Virus record (IMG/VR): IMGVR_UViG_3300042275_000518
Coordinates: 1-64,000 of that record
Reading direction: 5' to 3' (one strand)
Source of the DNA: a virus
Taxonomy: Duplodnaviria > Caudoviricetes
DNA length: 64,000 bases
Shown here: piece after piece, positions 10,990 through 20,681 of the stretch
Layout: each line of letters starts with the position of its first letter
How positions within the stretch are numbered: the stretch's first letter is position 1
Notes under the pieces: generated by a model
What the model was told of the DNA's origin: nothing
What the model saw: only the letters and a program-made list of their open reading frames with translations
The model's database searches: none
Position numbers and translations under genes: made by a program

Positions 10990-13029
10990 TTATTCGTATT
11001 CTTGTTTCAGTCTTACTGAAAGGTCTGACACTGGGTCTAAAATATCATCAATGATATTGACACTTTCTGTGTAAAATTTACTTCTTATGATTTTATAGTC
11101 TTTTATTATTTTTTGGTTTATTGTATCTATTTCTGTATCATTTATATAAGAAATAATAGGTGTTATATCTTTAAGTATAGTCTGTTTACCATTAGCATAA
11201 TTTACTATTGCTGACACGGCTTTTCTAACTATCATTTCAATAAATACAGACTTGAAGTTATTTCCTCTTACTGAATAGATTTCCAGTAATTTGAGCAAGT
11301 TTTCATTTAGATACTTTTTATTTTCTAGAAGTGCTTCTAGCGTGTTCACATACATCGTATGAATAAAATTGCTAAATTCTAATTGCCCTTCTGTTGGAGA
11401 AACTATATCTATCCAACTAGTTGTATATTCTCTCCAGGTATCATCTGATAGATTATAATAAGTCATTCCACTAACACTTTCGAAATCGCTGTCATTATAA
11501 CCTATATTATAATCTAATACAGTACTTATATCGACCATATCGATTATTCGCAGTTTTTTGAATAGATTCTTTAAACTTGGTGATATCAATTCTTTGGTTA
11601 TATCTTTTCTAATATAAATTTCATAGGTTTCAGCAAGATTCTGTTCTAATTCCTTAGTTGTATTGAAATCAGCTACATTAACTTGACTTTCTATAATAAT
11701 CTTTTTGTTAACTAAATTATATAAAGGGTAATTTATATAACTGTAATTAGTATAAGTCAGATTCTTTTTAAGTAATTGTAAACCTAGATAAAGCATCAGC
11801 ATATTTGTAATATCTTTATATTGAAATACGAGTTCATCTGCTACTACCATTTCCATCATATCTTCTATGAATAGCTTAATGTCAGGTTGGTTTGAGTCAA
11901 CAGAAATCATATCCTCATTTACTATATCTTCGTCAAAATATTCTCTATCTTCATCTGAAAGATTCTCTTTGAAATTAGGTAAAACTTCATCTATAGTATT
12001 TGTAATATTTCTTATAGTATCTTCTGGCAGTCTTAGAAATACTGAATAGTTTTCAAAGAAGCCATTGATTTCTTTTATAGATTTGATAGTTTCATCTAAA
12101 AGGACATTTATATCATTTCTTATTTCTTGTGCACTTATGAAGAATAGTGCGTAACTTTCGTCTTCTTTTATTTCTTCAATTGTTTTGTCTGTAATACTAG
12201 AAAATATACTTATATTGTATTCATAAACTTCTATCTTTTCTAATAATGATTGAAGATATTTTCCTGTATAAGCCGCATCATTTTCTGCTCGATATTTGTC
12301 TATAATTATAAATCTTCTTAACGCCGTTTTCATTGTAGTAACTATTTCTTGAATTCTGTCAAAAGTTATTCTACCTAAATTACTATTGCTTGTAGAAACA
12401 AAATCTATAATAGAATTTATTGTATCTTTATAACCATCGTCATCTACTGCCATATAAATAAATCCTAATGTATATAATAGATAATCTTCTGGTCTCTCTG
12501 GATTTTCAGGTTCTATATCTTCATAACTAGTGCCAGTATTCTCTTGAAGAGTTGGCGCTTCGTCTGTTTCTTTATTCATTCTAATGTCTCTGAAAGGAGC
12601 CAGCAATTCTTTTAGTTCATCAAATCTTTCCCTAAAATATGTCTTAAACATATCTACTGAAGAATCGTCTATTCCTCGTCTTAGAGTTTCTAACATAGTA
12701 ATAAACTCAGATGACCTAGAAAATTCTAGAAGTCTAAACCAAACTGTCGCATTATAAATTTGATTTTCAACGTCATTAAAATAATGTGTTAGATACACTA
12801 AACTTATAACTGTTTGATATAATTCTAATCTTGCTTGTAGCAATTTTTCAGTTTCACCGAACATTTCTTGACGGTCTTCCATAATAGCTGCAAATTTTTT
12901 CCTTAGTTCAATTTCTTCTGCAGTTCCATCTTGAATATTTCCTATAATATCATTTACTTCATTTTTCTTAACTTGGTCAACTTTTGCCTTCATAGCCTTT
13001 TTAAGTTGTTCATAGATATTCTCAGCCAT
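10990..13029 (-). CDS. Hypothetical helical protein (late operon leader)
   Basis: Long ORF; start moved to MAENIY, downstream of the late promoter at 13058-13069. Confidence 0.6.
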   Translation of the reverse strand: MAENIYEQLKKAMKAKVDQVKKNEVNDIIGNIQDGTAEEIELRKKFAAIMEDRQEMFGETEKLLQARLELYQTVISLVYLTHYFNDVENQIYNATVWFRLLEFSRSSEFITMLETLRRGIDDSSVDMFKTYFRERFDELKELLAPFRDIRMNKETDEAPTLQENTGTSYEDIEPENPERPEDYLLYTLGFIYMAVDDDGYKDTINSIIDFVSTSNSNLGRITFDRIQEIVTTMKTALRRFIIIDKYRAENDAAYTGKYLQSLLEKIEVYEYNISIFSSITDKTIEEIKEDESYALFFISAQEIRNDINVLLDETIKSIKEINGFFENYSVFLRLPEDTIRNITNTIDEVLPNFKENLSDEDREYFDEDIVNEDMISVDSNQPDIKLFIEDMMEMVVADELVFQYKDITNMLMLYLGLQLLKKNLTYTNYSYINYPLYNLVNKKIIIESQVNVADFNTTKELEQNLAETYEIYIRKDITKELISPSLKNLFKKLRIIDMVDISTVLDYNIGYNDSDFESVSGMTYYNLSDDTWREYTTSWIDIVSPTEGQLEFSNFIHTMYVNTLEALLENKKYLNENLLKLLEIYSVRGNNFKSVFIEMIVRKAVSAIVNYANGKQTILKDITPIISYINDTEIDTINQKIIKDYKIIRSKFYTESVNIIDDILDPVSDLSVRLKQEYE

Positions 13030-13092
13030 ATTTCCACCGCCTTCATTTTTGTTCATATAAAGTATTGTTTCAGCTATATCTTAATATTAAAA

Positions 13093-13123
13093 AAATATAA
13101 AATGGCTAGGCCATTTTATATTT
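13093..13123. terminator. Intrinsic terminator; similar hairpins at about 17383-17412, 20068-20099, 27945-27973, 28184-28211, 37118-37146, 45728-45752, 58119-58150
   Basis: Inverted repeats flanked by A/T runs at gene ends. Confidence 0.75.
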
Positions 13124-13127
13124 AGTG

Positions 13128-13481
13128 TTATTGCATCTTAGCTTGCAGTTTTTGTAATTTCTTTTCTGCTTTGTATTTCTTGTAGCGTTTTCTTAAAGAT
13201 ACACCTTTATTACTTGGGCAGGTACATCTTTCTAATGTTCTACCACATCTTGGACAGATAGTGTTAGCCATTTTTCTTTTTCTCCAACCAACAAGTTTCT
13301 TAGCATGTTTCCAGCTTGTTTTTGCACCTTGCGCTGAAACAACAAATAGTTGTTTAAGAAGAAGGAATAGGAAAAATGAGAAAATTGCTAATACGAAGAA
13401 TTCAAGTGGTGTCATTTGCATTAGCGGTTGATTGCTAATAATGTCCCAAAAATTTTTAATGATGTCGATTAATTCTTGCAT
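13128..13481 (-). CDS. Single-TM membrane protein with CPRCG..CTC zinc ribbon and basic C-terminus
   Basis: Hydrophobic stretch FFVLAIFSFFLFLLL; four-Cys motif. Confidence 0.55.
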   Translation of the reverse strand: MQELIDIIKNFWDIISNQPLMQMTPLEFFVLAIFSFFLFLLLKQLFVVSAQGAKTSWKHAKKLVGWRKRKMANTICPRCGRTLERCTCPSNKGVSLRKRYKKYKAEKKLQKLQAKMQ

Positions 13482-13499
13482 AATATGCCTCCTCTATTC

Positions 13500-15134
13500 T
13501 TATATATTTAATTTTTCTAATGCTCTTATAATAGGTTGTTCATTCTCATCTATATCTATAACAACTTTATAGGTAGATGCTCTCGGATCGTCCTCTTGGA
13601 CTAGTCCTATAAATCCAATTCCATATGCAGTGTATACACGGAGAACATTACTACGCCATTCTCCATTTACTTTACTTGCAACTGAATATAAATCTTTTTC
13701 GTTTGTAAATGCATATATTGGAACTTTGATTTCTTGTGCAGTATCATCGATTCCGTCATCATTTGTATCAATATATTCATTTAATCTTAGAACAGCAAGT
13801 GAACTGTCGCTGAAGAAGAATTGGTCGTTTTCTATTGCTTTTTCTAATGATGCGAATAATAATCTGTCTGCATAAACAGTTACAGCAATATCTTGTGCAT
13901 CGTCAGTAAGTAATTGAATAGTCATTGTTTCATAGTCAATGGTTACTTTATCTTCACCTAATAGTCCATATCTATTATTCACCCTGACATTCAGTAAATC
14001 CCTAATGTCAAAGTTTTTCTCAATCATATAAGCATGGATTTTCTTTAAATCAGCTTTTAAATATTGCATTATATCTATTTCTTCAAGGTCCATATCAATA
14101 TTATAAGTGAAAATATTATGGAAAATTTCCTCACCAATAACTTGCTGACCTGTCGAAGTTTCAAAATATACAGCTTTGTCTCTATTTAACTTGAAGTTAG
14201 GAATAGATAGTGAGTAGAAACCTTCATCTTGCTCTTGATTTGTGTCATCAATTGCCATTTTTATAATATCAGCGTCCAAAGAAAAAAATTTGCTTTGGTC
14301 TATTGACATGATAAAAGCATTTGGAAGCCAAGTTGAGACCTGAACCCTAAAAGTAATTGTATACTCACCTTCTGACATTCTGTCCCTTACAATTGACGGC
14401 GGAGCATCTAAATCTATAACATTTATAAGGAAATTAGCTTTATCGTTAACGAAGAAACCTGGTTTTCCTGTGAAAGCGTTTATTTTCTTTCTAATAAGGT
14501 CTTCACTTGTACCAGTTGAAATCAGATAAAGTCTTAAATCGTCCATTTCCTCTTGATTGTTTAGGTCTAAACCTAAGATAGACGCTATGATTCTTATATA
14601 AGTCTTTGGAATTTCTGTATTCAGATATCTATCACTTAAATACTGAAACATTCCGATTTGAAATCTTGATTTAATATAATAAGCCAAGTCAATATTCTGC
14701 ACAAACTTATTTGTTGTTATCTTAAAATTGAAATTAGTTGTAATATAGTCACTTGTATAATAAATTGAGAATTTTGATTCTGGGTCTTCTACAAGGTTCT
14801 TATAATTTCGTCTCATATCTTTTCTAAGATATAAATTCGGACTTGACATGTGCATGCTCTTTTCCATTCCTCCGATTGGGTCATCAAGAGAAATTTCAGG
14901 GGTTATTGCAATATTAGGAAATTTTATCTTATTAAGATTTTCATTGTGCTTTCTGTTACGAGCTTCTGCATGTATTGTTTCAGCTGTATCGATGTATACT
15001 GATTTGAAGAACCCTCTTGGAAACTTTGAAGCAATATGTTCTTTAATTTCACCTGTCACTGAGCTGATTAGTGTTGAGGCTGATGCAACTGATTGTACAA
15101 GTTTAATATCGTTTTCCTGTGTATATATTTTCAT
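13500..15134 (-). CDS. Putative virion structural protein
   Basis: Late promoter at 15159-15170, AAGGAG RBS before MKIYTQ; beta-rich sequence; function not recognised. Confidence 0.45.
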   Translation of the reverse strand: MKIYTQENDIKLVQSVASASTLISSVTGEIKEHIASKFPRGFFKSVYIDTAETIHAEARNRKHNENLNKIKFPNIAITPEISLDDPIGGMEKSMHMSSPNLYLRKDMRRNYKNLVEDPESKFSIYYTSDYITTNFNFKITTNKFVQNIDLAYYIKSRFQIGMFQYLSDRYLNTEIPKTYIRIIASILGLDLNNQEEMDDLRLYLISTGTSEDLIRKKINAFTGKPGFFVNDKANFLINVIDLDAPPSIVRDRMSEGEYTITFRVQVSTWLPNAFIMSIDQSKFFSLDADIIKMAIDDTNQEQDEGFYSLSIPNFKLNRDKAVYFETSTGQQVIGEEIFHNIFTYNIDMDLEEIDIMQYLKADLKKIHAYMIEKNFDIRDLLNVRVNNRYGLLGEDKVTIDYETMTIQLLTDDAQDIAVTVYADRLLFASLEKAIENDQFFFSDSSLAVLRLNEYIDTNDDGIDDTAQEIKVPIYAFTNEKDLYSVASKVNGEWRSNVLRVYTAYGIGFIGLVQEDDPRASTYKVVIDIDENEQPIIRALEKLNI

Positions 15135-15205
15135 AGATTCAGCTCCTTTCGTCTCATATAATTTATTGTTCAATTTATCATATTAAGTTAGAAAAAAAAA
15201 AGAAA

Positions 15206-15346
15206 CTACTTTTCAATAGTTTCAATTTCAAAAGCGCCTACACCGAAGTTTTGGCCAGGTTCAACCTCTGCCAATGCTTCTCCGCGTGCTTCAAGAGCTT
15301 CTTTGTAAGTATCGTATTCGACACCTTGGAATAAATATTTTGTCAT
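15206..15346 (-). CDS. 46-aa protein missed by ORF track (MTKYLFQGVEYDTYKEALEARGE...)
   Basis: GAGGAGG RBS, own early promoter at 15378-15386, stop followed by hairpin and T run. Confidence 0.7.
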   Translation of the reverse strand: MTKYLFQGVEYDTYKEALEARGEALAEVEPGQNFGVGAFEIETIEK

Positions 15347-15430
15347 TTCAATGACCTCCTCTTTCTTTATTCACATTTATAATATATAGTTAAAATCTAA
15401 TCATTTCCAAAATAAAAGAATAGTCATCGA

Positions 15431-15880
15431 CTATTCTTTTTTATTATCTTTTTGTTCTTCTTGCTCTTCTTGTCTAAAATCATTTAACTTATTAAATACA
15501 GCTTTCATTCTAATTTTAGTGTTATTCTTATTTACAGCCGCAGATGTTAAATCAACATAGAAATCCTCTGTGATAAATTTTATTAATTCTGCGTCACTAC
15601 CAAAATATTTATCCACTAAATGCTGTCTGTATCTTCCACCAATTTCTGTGAATACTTCATATACACTTTTTTCTATTTGCTCCGTTATATCTTCATCTCT
15701 AATATAATCCGTATCTTTAACTAATTGTGTATCATAAATATCAATGAAAAATGATTTAATAATATTCTTTTTACGTTGCATCTTTGTGAATAAAAATCCC
15801 ATCTCTTTCTCCCATTCAGTGAAAGTTTCCTGAGGTTTTAATGGTTGTACTTCTTCTTTCTTTTTACTAAATAATCCCAT
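15431..15880 (-). CDS. Hypothetical protein
   Basis: 149 aa, GGAGG RBS, N-terminus MGLFSKKK. Confidence 0.6.
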   Translation of the reverse strand: MGLFSKKKEEVQPLKPQETFTEWEKEMGFLFTKMQRKKNIIKSFFIDIYDTQLVKDTDYIRDEDITEQIEKSVYEVFTEIGGRYRQHLVDKYFGSDAELIKFITEDFYVDLTSAAVNKNNTKIRMKAVFNKLNDFRQEEQEEQKDNKKE

Positions 15881-15894
15881 AGTTTTCTCCTCCT

Positions 15895-16002
15895 TTATAA
15901 CTTTTTTACACCCTCGCCTGGAATATAATCATTTTCTGATATAAATTTTTTAAAGGAATCACTTAAAGTATATTTTTCTTTTTTCTTTCCAAATCCAAAC
16001 AT
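15895..16002 (-). CDS. 35-aa protein missed by ORF track (MFGFGKKKEKYTLSDSFKKF...)
   Basis: Fills the gap between flanking genes; AGGAG-like RBS lies inside the upstream gene end. Confidence 0.5.
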   Translation of the reverse strand: MFGFGKKKEKYTLSDSFKKFISENDYIPGEGVKKL

Positions 16003-16003
16003 A

Positions 16004-16240
16004 TTACATACGCTCCAATTCTAATCTTTGATTGGTAACATTAACTATTAAATTAAATGCTTCAGTTCCATATGTATTTAATGTATTATCTGGTTCCACT
16101 AATTTAAAATTATTAAATTTTGATTTTCGAATAATACGTCTAAGAACTTTATTATCTACTTCGAATTCAAATATCCCGAATTCAATATTATCTTCTTTAA
16201 ATAATGTATTTAATTTTTCAATTATTTCTTTTTCTGTCAT
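16004..16240 (-). CDS. Hypothetical protein
   Basis: 78 aa, AAGGAG RBS. Confidence 0.55.
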   Translation of the reverse strand: MTEKEIIEKLNTLFKEDNIEFGIFEFEVDNKVLRRIIRKSKFNNFKLVEPDNTLNTYGTEAFNLIVNVTNQRLELERM

Positions 16241-16316
16241 TATTATCTCTCCTTAATTTGGTTTAATTTTATTTGTTTGTCCCTACAGTTAGACTAAAAC
16301 TCCTAAAAAAGAGGGT

Positions 16317-17336
16317 TTATACTACAACCCGTCTTAATTTGATTCTATCTTTCGGAACTCCAAAATCTTTTTCAATATTATTATAAAATATTGTTAACCT
16401 AGAATTTTTTAAATATGGTGAATTGTCTTTCAGGTTCTTAAAGAAATATTGATTCACATCAGCATCAGAATAAATTATAACTTTTAAGTTCAAAAATCCC
16501 ATACGTATATAGTGGGAAATGACCGCACCATAACCTTTTCCAGCTGCTGCTGCAAATATATGGTCGTTGTCAAGCTCCTTATCTTTGTAAAAAGCTTCAT
16601 AAACTCCAATAATATCAAATGCACCTTCTGTAATGACAAGAGTTATTTCATCTTTCATTATATCAACTGAACTTTTGATATTGTATAATTTGTTGCTTGT
16701 ATCTATATCGTTATTATACAGATTCAAGTTGAAGTATCTTTTTCTTTGCTGATTAGTTAGGTCTCTGAATATAACATGAGAACCATCTGATGATAAAAAT
16801 CCGATACTATTATTGAAATCGTATAGTGGACGTCCTTGGTTATCGACAGGAATTCTTATATTATTTTCTTCAAAGAACTTTTGTGAGTTTGTAATTGCTT
16901 TGAATCTAGTGATAATTTCTTCATTATTATAATTTGAATTAAATCTACTATTGAAATAGTTCACTGCATTTTGTGTGAACTGATTTTCCTCTGTTACTAA
17001 ATCAGGTTTTTTCGAATATATTTTGAATTTGTGGCTGTCATTTTTCTTTATTGTCTTATTTGCATTTATAATATTTGAAGATATTTCTGTGCTGTATATA
17101 TTCAGGTCTCTTAAAGTTTGCATATTAAGAACTCCTGAAGTATCGCAACGTTGACAATAGAATTTAAACGGTGGCTTCATTTCAATATATAAATGAGCAT
17201 GTGTGGAGTCTTTTTTACTATCGCCACAGTAAGGGCAACGTACTCTGACCTCTTTTTTATTTGTTGTCTGATATGAAGGTCTCTTATTTTTTAGTATAAG
17301 GTCTCTTACAAAATCAACTTCATTATTTTGATTCAT
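16317..17336 (-). CDS. DNA primase (T4 gp61-like)
   Basis: RCPYCGDS..FYCQRC zinc finger; TOPRIM ITEGAFD and YSDAD. Confidence 0.8.
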   Translation of the reverse strand: MNQNNEVDFVRDLILKNKRPSYQTTNKKEVRVRCPYCGDSKKDSTHAHLYIEMKPPFKFYCQRCDTSGVLNMQTLRDLNIYSTEISSNIINANKTIKKNDSHKFKIYSKKPDLVTEENQFTQNAVNYFNSRFNSNYNNEEIITRFKAITNSQKFFEENNIRIPVDNQGRPLYDFNNSIGFLSSDGSHVIFRDLTNQQRKRYFNLNLYNNDIDTSNKLYNIKSSVDIMKDEITLVITEGAFDIIGVYEAFYKDKELDNDHIFAAAAGKGYGAVISHYIRMGFLNLKVIIYSDADVNQYFFKNLKDNSPYLKNSRLTIFYNNIEKDFGVPKDRIKLRRVVV

Positions 17337-17413
17337 ATTATCACCTATCTTTAATTATATGTTATTATATTTTTAATCAAATAAAAAAGAAAGAGTCCTA
17401 AGACTCTTTCTTA

Positions 17414-17531
17414 AATGATAGACTATTGCGAACCTGCCGTCTATCAGGGCGACCTGTTTTTAAAGAGGTGGCATCAACGACCCTCTAAAATCCCCTAAAA
17501 AAGGGGTGCCATGGGAACAATTCCCAGGAAC
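17414..17531 (-). ncRNA. Unidentified GC-rich structured element, possibly pseudoknotted
   Basis: Nested stems plus a crossing TGGCA/TGCCA pairing, between a stop codon and a terminator. Confidence 0.45.
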
Positions 17532-17532
17532 T

Positions 17533-19101
17533 TTAAATCAAATAAGCTAAATCAATTAACTCATCTGCAACTTTTGCTACTTTAACACTACTATCAAATA
17601 ATTCTTCACCATCATCATCCATAAATACAGATGCGTAGGTTGAAGCAATGATAGATGAAAGAGGTTTTTCAACTTCTTCTGAGAAGCTATTATACTTCAT
17701 TTCAAATAATTGAATATACTTTTTACTACCCTGTATCATTGGACGGATGCGTTTACCAGAGATAGTTGTTCTTTCTTTGTGTTTTTCACATCTTGCCATC
17801 AGAATTTGTGGCAATAATCTGAACTTATGTTTGTCAAGATATTTGTGTACAGCTAATACTAAAAATACATATTGATAAGCAGACAGAAATTTAACTGCCA
17901 TTTTATCTTCAAAGTATTTATAAGTCATCATACTAACTAGTTTCTCTTGTGTTTCGTGTCGATAGAATGTTTTGATAGTTTCCTTAACTTCATCATCTGT
18001 TACTTCGACTTCTAAATATTCAGGAATCTTTTTAAGTACATTAACGATATTAAGTTTTCTTAAACTATACAAACCTTCATCTTTACGTAGCATTCGAATT
18101 TCCAAACGTTCATATTCAGATGTGTCTTCATCGTCATCAGAGTATTTCTCATGGCGATCTCCAAGAATGATAAATCTGTTCTTGAACTTATTTTGAAATA
18201 AGAAGTTGATCTGATTGATAATAACTGCTTGAAAGAAACTGATAAGGTTTTTATCAGCATCGATAGATAGTTTCGGAATTGCATTTGTCAGAAGTTTCTT
18301 GTATATTTCTAGCGTTTCAGTATCTTTTGTAATCCCTTGATTCTTAGCCGCAGCCCAGAATCTTTTATCAGAATATACAGTTTTACTTACTCTGCTCAGA
18401 GTTAGTTTATACAATTTATTTCTGATTGCATCTGCATTGTCAGCGAATTTCTCAAATAGATAATTAAATATCTCAGAGTTAATTTCGCCGAACTTTAAAT
18501 CTTCAAAGTCATCGTCATCACGTTGATCTTCATTTTTAGCAAACGATTGCTTATTATAGCTAAAGTATACTGAAATAATCGGAATCATAACACGGAATAG
18601 ATAAGCAATTTTGATTAAAGCTCTTGCATGAGCATCTGAAAATTGCAATTCTTCATTAATCTTTTTCTTCTTACTCTTAGTTTGATCTGTGATCTCATCT
18701 AAGTTAAGCGCATAATTTTCCTTAACATAATTATTAATAGTTTCAATTAATAAAGCATCGTTTGAATCTGTTACCAGATCAATCATTTCCAAAAATTGTT
18801 CATAGCTTGTTTCGCCGTCTTGAACTTCCAGGTCAGATTTTACTTTAAGTATATTGAACATAATAATAGCAAGGTCTTCATTAAATCTTTCTCCATCATT
18901 TAGAAATATCTCTTTATATGTCTCAATGATTGAAGGTACAAGATTCTTGAAGTTTCTTTTGGAGTTCATTTCAAAGAGATTATAAATTTCAAGTTCTTCC
19001 CGTCCGAAGAGCTCGTCAAATGATATCCCGAAGTTATTTCCTCCGTCAGTAGCATAGAAAGTATCTCTGCTAACTTTTTCGATTTTGTTTTTCTTTGGCA
19101 C
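17533..19101 (-). CDS. Putative non-virion RNAP promoter-specificity subunit (AR9 gp226 / phiKZ gp68-like)
   Basis: About 520 aa helical protein with LIKIAYLFRVMIPIIS segment; early promoter upstream; close to the chaperonin gene as in AR9 (gp226/gp228). Recognised from memory, not searched. GTG start after AGGAGG. Confidence 0.5.
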   Translation of the reverse strand: MPKKNKIEKVSRDTFYATDGGNNFGISFDELFGREELEIYNLFEMNSKRNFKNLVPSIIETYKEIFLNDGERFNEDLAIIMFNILKVKSDLEVQDGETSYEQFLEMIDLVTDSNDALLIETINNYVKENYALNLDEITDQTKSKKKKINEELQFSDAHARALIKIAYLFRVMIPIISVYFSYNKQSFAKNEDQRDDDDFEDLKFGEINSEIFNYLFEKFADNADAIRNKLYKLTLSRVSKTVYSDKRFWAAAKNQGITKDTETLEIYKKLLTNAIPKLSIDADKNLISFFQAVIINQINFLFQNKFKNRFIILGDRHEKYSDDDEDTSEYERLEIRMLRKDEGLYSLRKLNIVNVLKKIPEYLEVEVTDDEVKETIKTFYRHETQEKLVSMMTYKYFEDKMAVKFLSAYQYVFLVLAVHKYLDKHKFRLLPQILMARCEKHKERTTISGKRIRPMIQGSKKYIQLFEMKYNSFSEEVEKPLSSIIASTYASVFMDDDGEELFDSSVKVAKVADELIDLAYLI

Positions 19102-19178
19102 CAAATTACCTCCTGTACAATCGAAAATATAAAATAGAAAGAAATGCCTATTGTCCATAGGTATGGTTCTTTCTATTT

Positions 19179-19187
19179 TATAATATA
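19179..19187 (-). promoter_or_regulatory. Early promoter TATATTATA (virion RNAP-type). Other copies on minus strand: 15378-15386, 20639-20647, 28152-28160, 32071-32079, 36025-36033, 42850-42858, 57741-57749
   Basis: Identical 9-mer upstream of non-structural genes; resembles the phiKZ early motif TATATTAC. Confidence 0.7.
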
Positions 19188-19209
19188 TTATTTATTATTT
19201 TTTTAACTT

Positions 19210-20010
19210 TTAAAGAGATCTTTTTGCAGATCTTGCTGTTATTTTAGCTCTTGGTTTTCTTGCCATAATTTTACCGCTACCTCTTGGGGCAGTCTTCTTA
19301 GCATGTTGAACGAAATCTCTTTGTAACTTTTCTCTTTGTTTGGTTCTTTGTTGTGAAATTTTACTTTCTTTTGCTTGTAATTGTCGACCCAAAGCATAAA
19401 TCTGTTCAACGTCACCTGGGTCAGCGATTTTATTTAGAAGGTCCATTTCTACAAGTTTATTCATTTTTTTACCATATTTTTCAATATACTGGTCTGTAAG
19501 AGCATGTCCATCTATTATATACCTAGCTGCAAAATAAGTTGACTTTTCATAACCTAATGATTCAACAGGGTTTCTAATTTCAGGCGCAACTGTAAGAGCC
19601 ATTATTGGAAGTTTAGATGCAAACTCGTCAATTACAATATGGTCATGATAATAAACATAAGCATATGTATAAATAAAACTTGGACTGTTACTGAAAAATT
19701 CAACGTTTCTTAAAGCATATCTTCTCGCTGGATCTGCTTTGATTTTGAATAAAACGTCATAGTGTAATTTGTTATATTTATATTCAGTTGAAGGGACTCT
19801 AACATGGAATAAAATATCTCCATTTGTATAGATGTATGGAACTGCAAAGAATTTCATCCTATCTCTTCTTAACAACTCTATAAAGTCTTGATTAAGACCT
19901 TGTTTGATTGCCTTACGTGAAGCTAAGAATGCCGATCCACGATATGGATTGGATACATATTGACTCAGGCTAATACTAAGTGCTCTGTTCTTTTTTACTG
20001 GCAATGCCAT
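19210..20010 (-). CDS. Hypothetical late protein with basic C-terminus
   Basis: Late promoter at 20038-20049; FFSNSPSFIYTYAYVY segment. Confidence 0.6.
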   Translation of the reverse strand: MALPVKKNRALSISLSQYVSNPYRGSAFLASRKAIKQGLNQDFIELLRRDRMKFFAVPYIYTNGDILFHVRVPSTEYKYNKLHYDVLFKIKADPARRYALRNVEFFSNSPSFIYTYAYVYYHDHIVIDEFASKLPIMALTVAPEIRNPVESLGYEKSTYFAARYIIDGHALTDQYIEKYGKKMNKLVEMDLLNKIADPGDVEQIYALGRQLQAKESKISQQRTKQREKLQRDFVQHAKKTAPRGSGKIMARKPRAKITARSAKRSL

Positions 20011-20105
20011 ATTATCACCTCTCATTTAAATTTCATATAAAGTATTGTTGAGAATATTTTAACTAATAAAAAAATAAAGCTCAATTAAGAGCTTTATTTG
20101 ATTTT

Positions 20106-20597
20106 TTATGCTAATGGCGCGTATCCACCTGGTGGCATGCGTCTTTGAGATTTTATATATCCATATTTATTATATGCATCCATCTCTTCTAATTTAGCAT
20201 CGATTATTTCTTCTGCATAGTCATCATCAATATTTGGTTGATGATAAAAATATCTGCGAAGATTTGATACCATAACATTCAGCTTTTGTTTCACTGGGGT
20301 CGGTTTAGTCTTTGGAGACTTAGTCCCACCAGCAGAAATTATATTGAAGTATATACCAGATTTAATAGTCTCAACAGTTTTTTCGCTAATAAATCCAGTG
20401 TTAGTATTTCCATCTGTATAATTCATAAAAGATGGTTTTTGCGACTGTATTACAATAGATTCTGGAATCAGTTGTAATAGTCTTTCTTGTCTTTCCTCTT
20501 CAGTTTCAGAATTGTCAGTTGACAATGCTTTATGCATAATCACTGCTAAAACTAAGACTAACGTTATTCCTAATACGATTAAAATTGGATCTGGCAT
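20106..20597 (-). CDS. N-terminally anchored membrane protein
   Basis: TM helix ILIVLGITLVLVLAVIM; early promoter at 20639-20647. Confidence 0.6.
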   Translation of the reverse strand: MPDPILIVLGITLVLVLAVIMHKALSTDNSETEEERQERLLQLIPESIVIQSQKPSFMNYTDGNTNTGFISEKTVETIKSGIYFNIISAGGTKSPKTKPTPVKQKLNVMVSNLRRYFYHQPNIDDDYAEEIIDAKLEEMDAYNKYGYIKSQRRMPPGGYAPLA

Positions 20598-20681
20598 ATT
20601 TAATTCCTCCTTATATAATTTATTTAATACACCAGATTTATAATATATGTTTATAAAGAAAAGAATACCATAAGGTATTCT

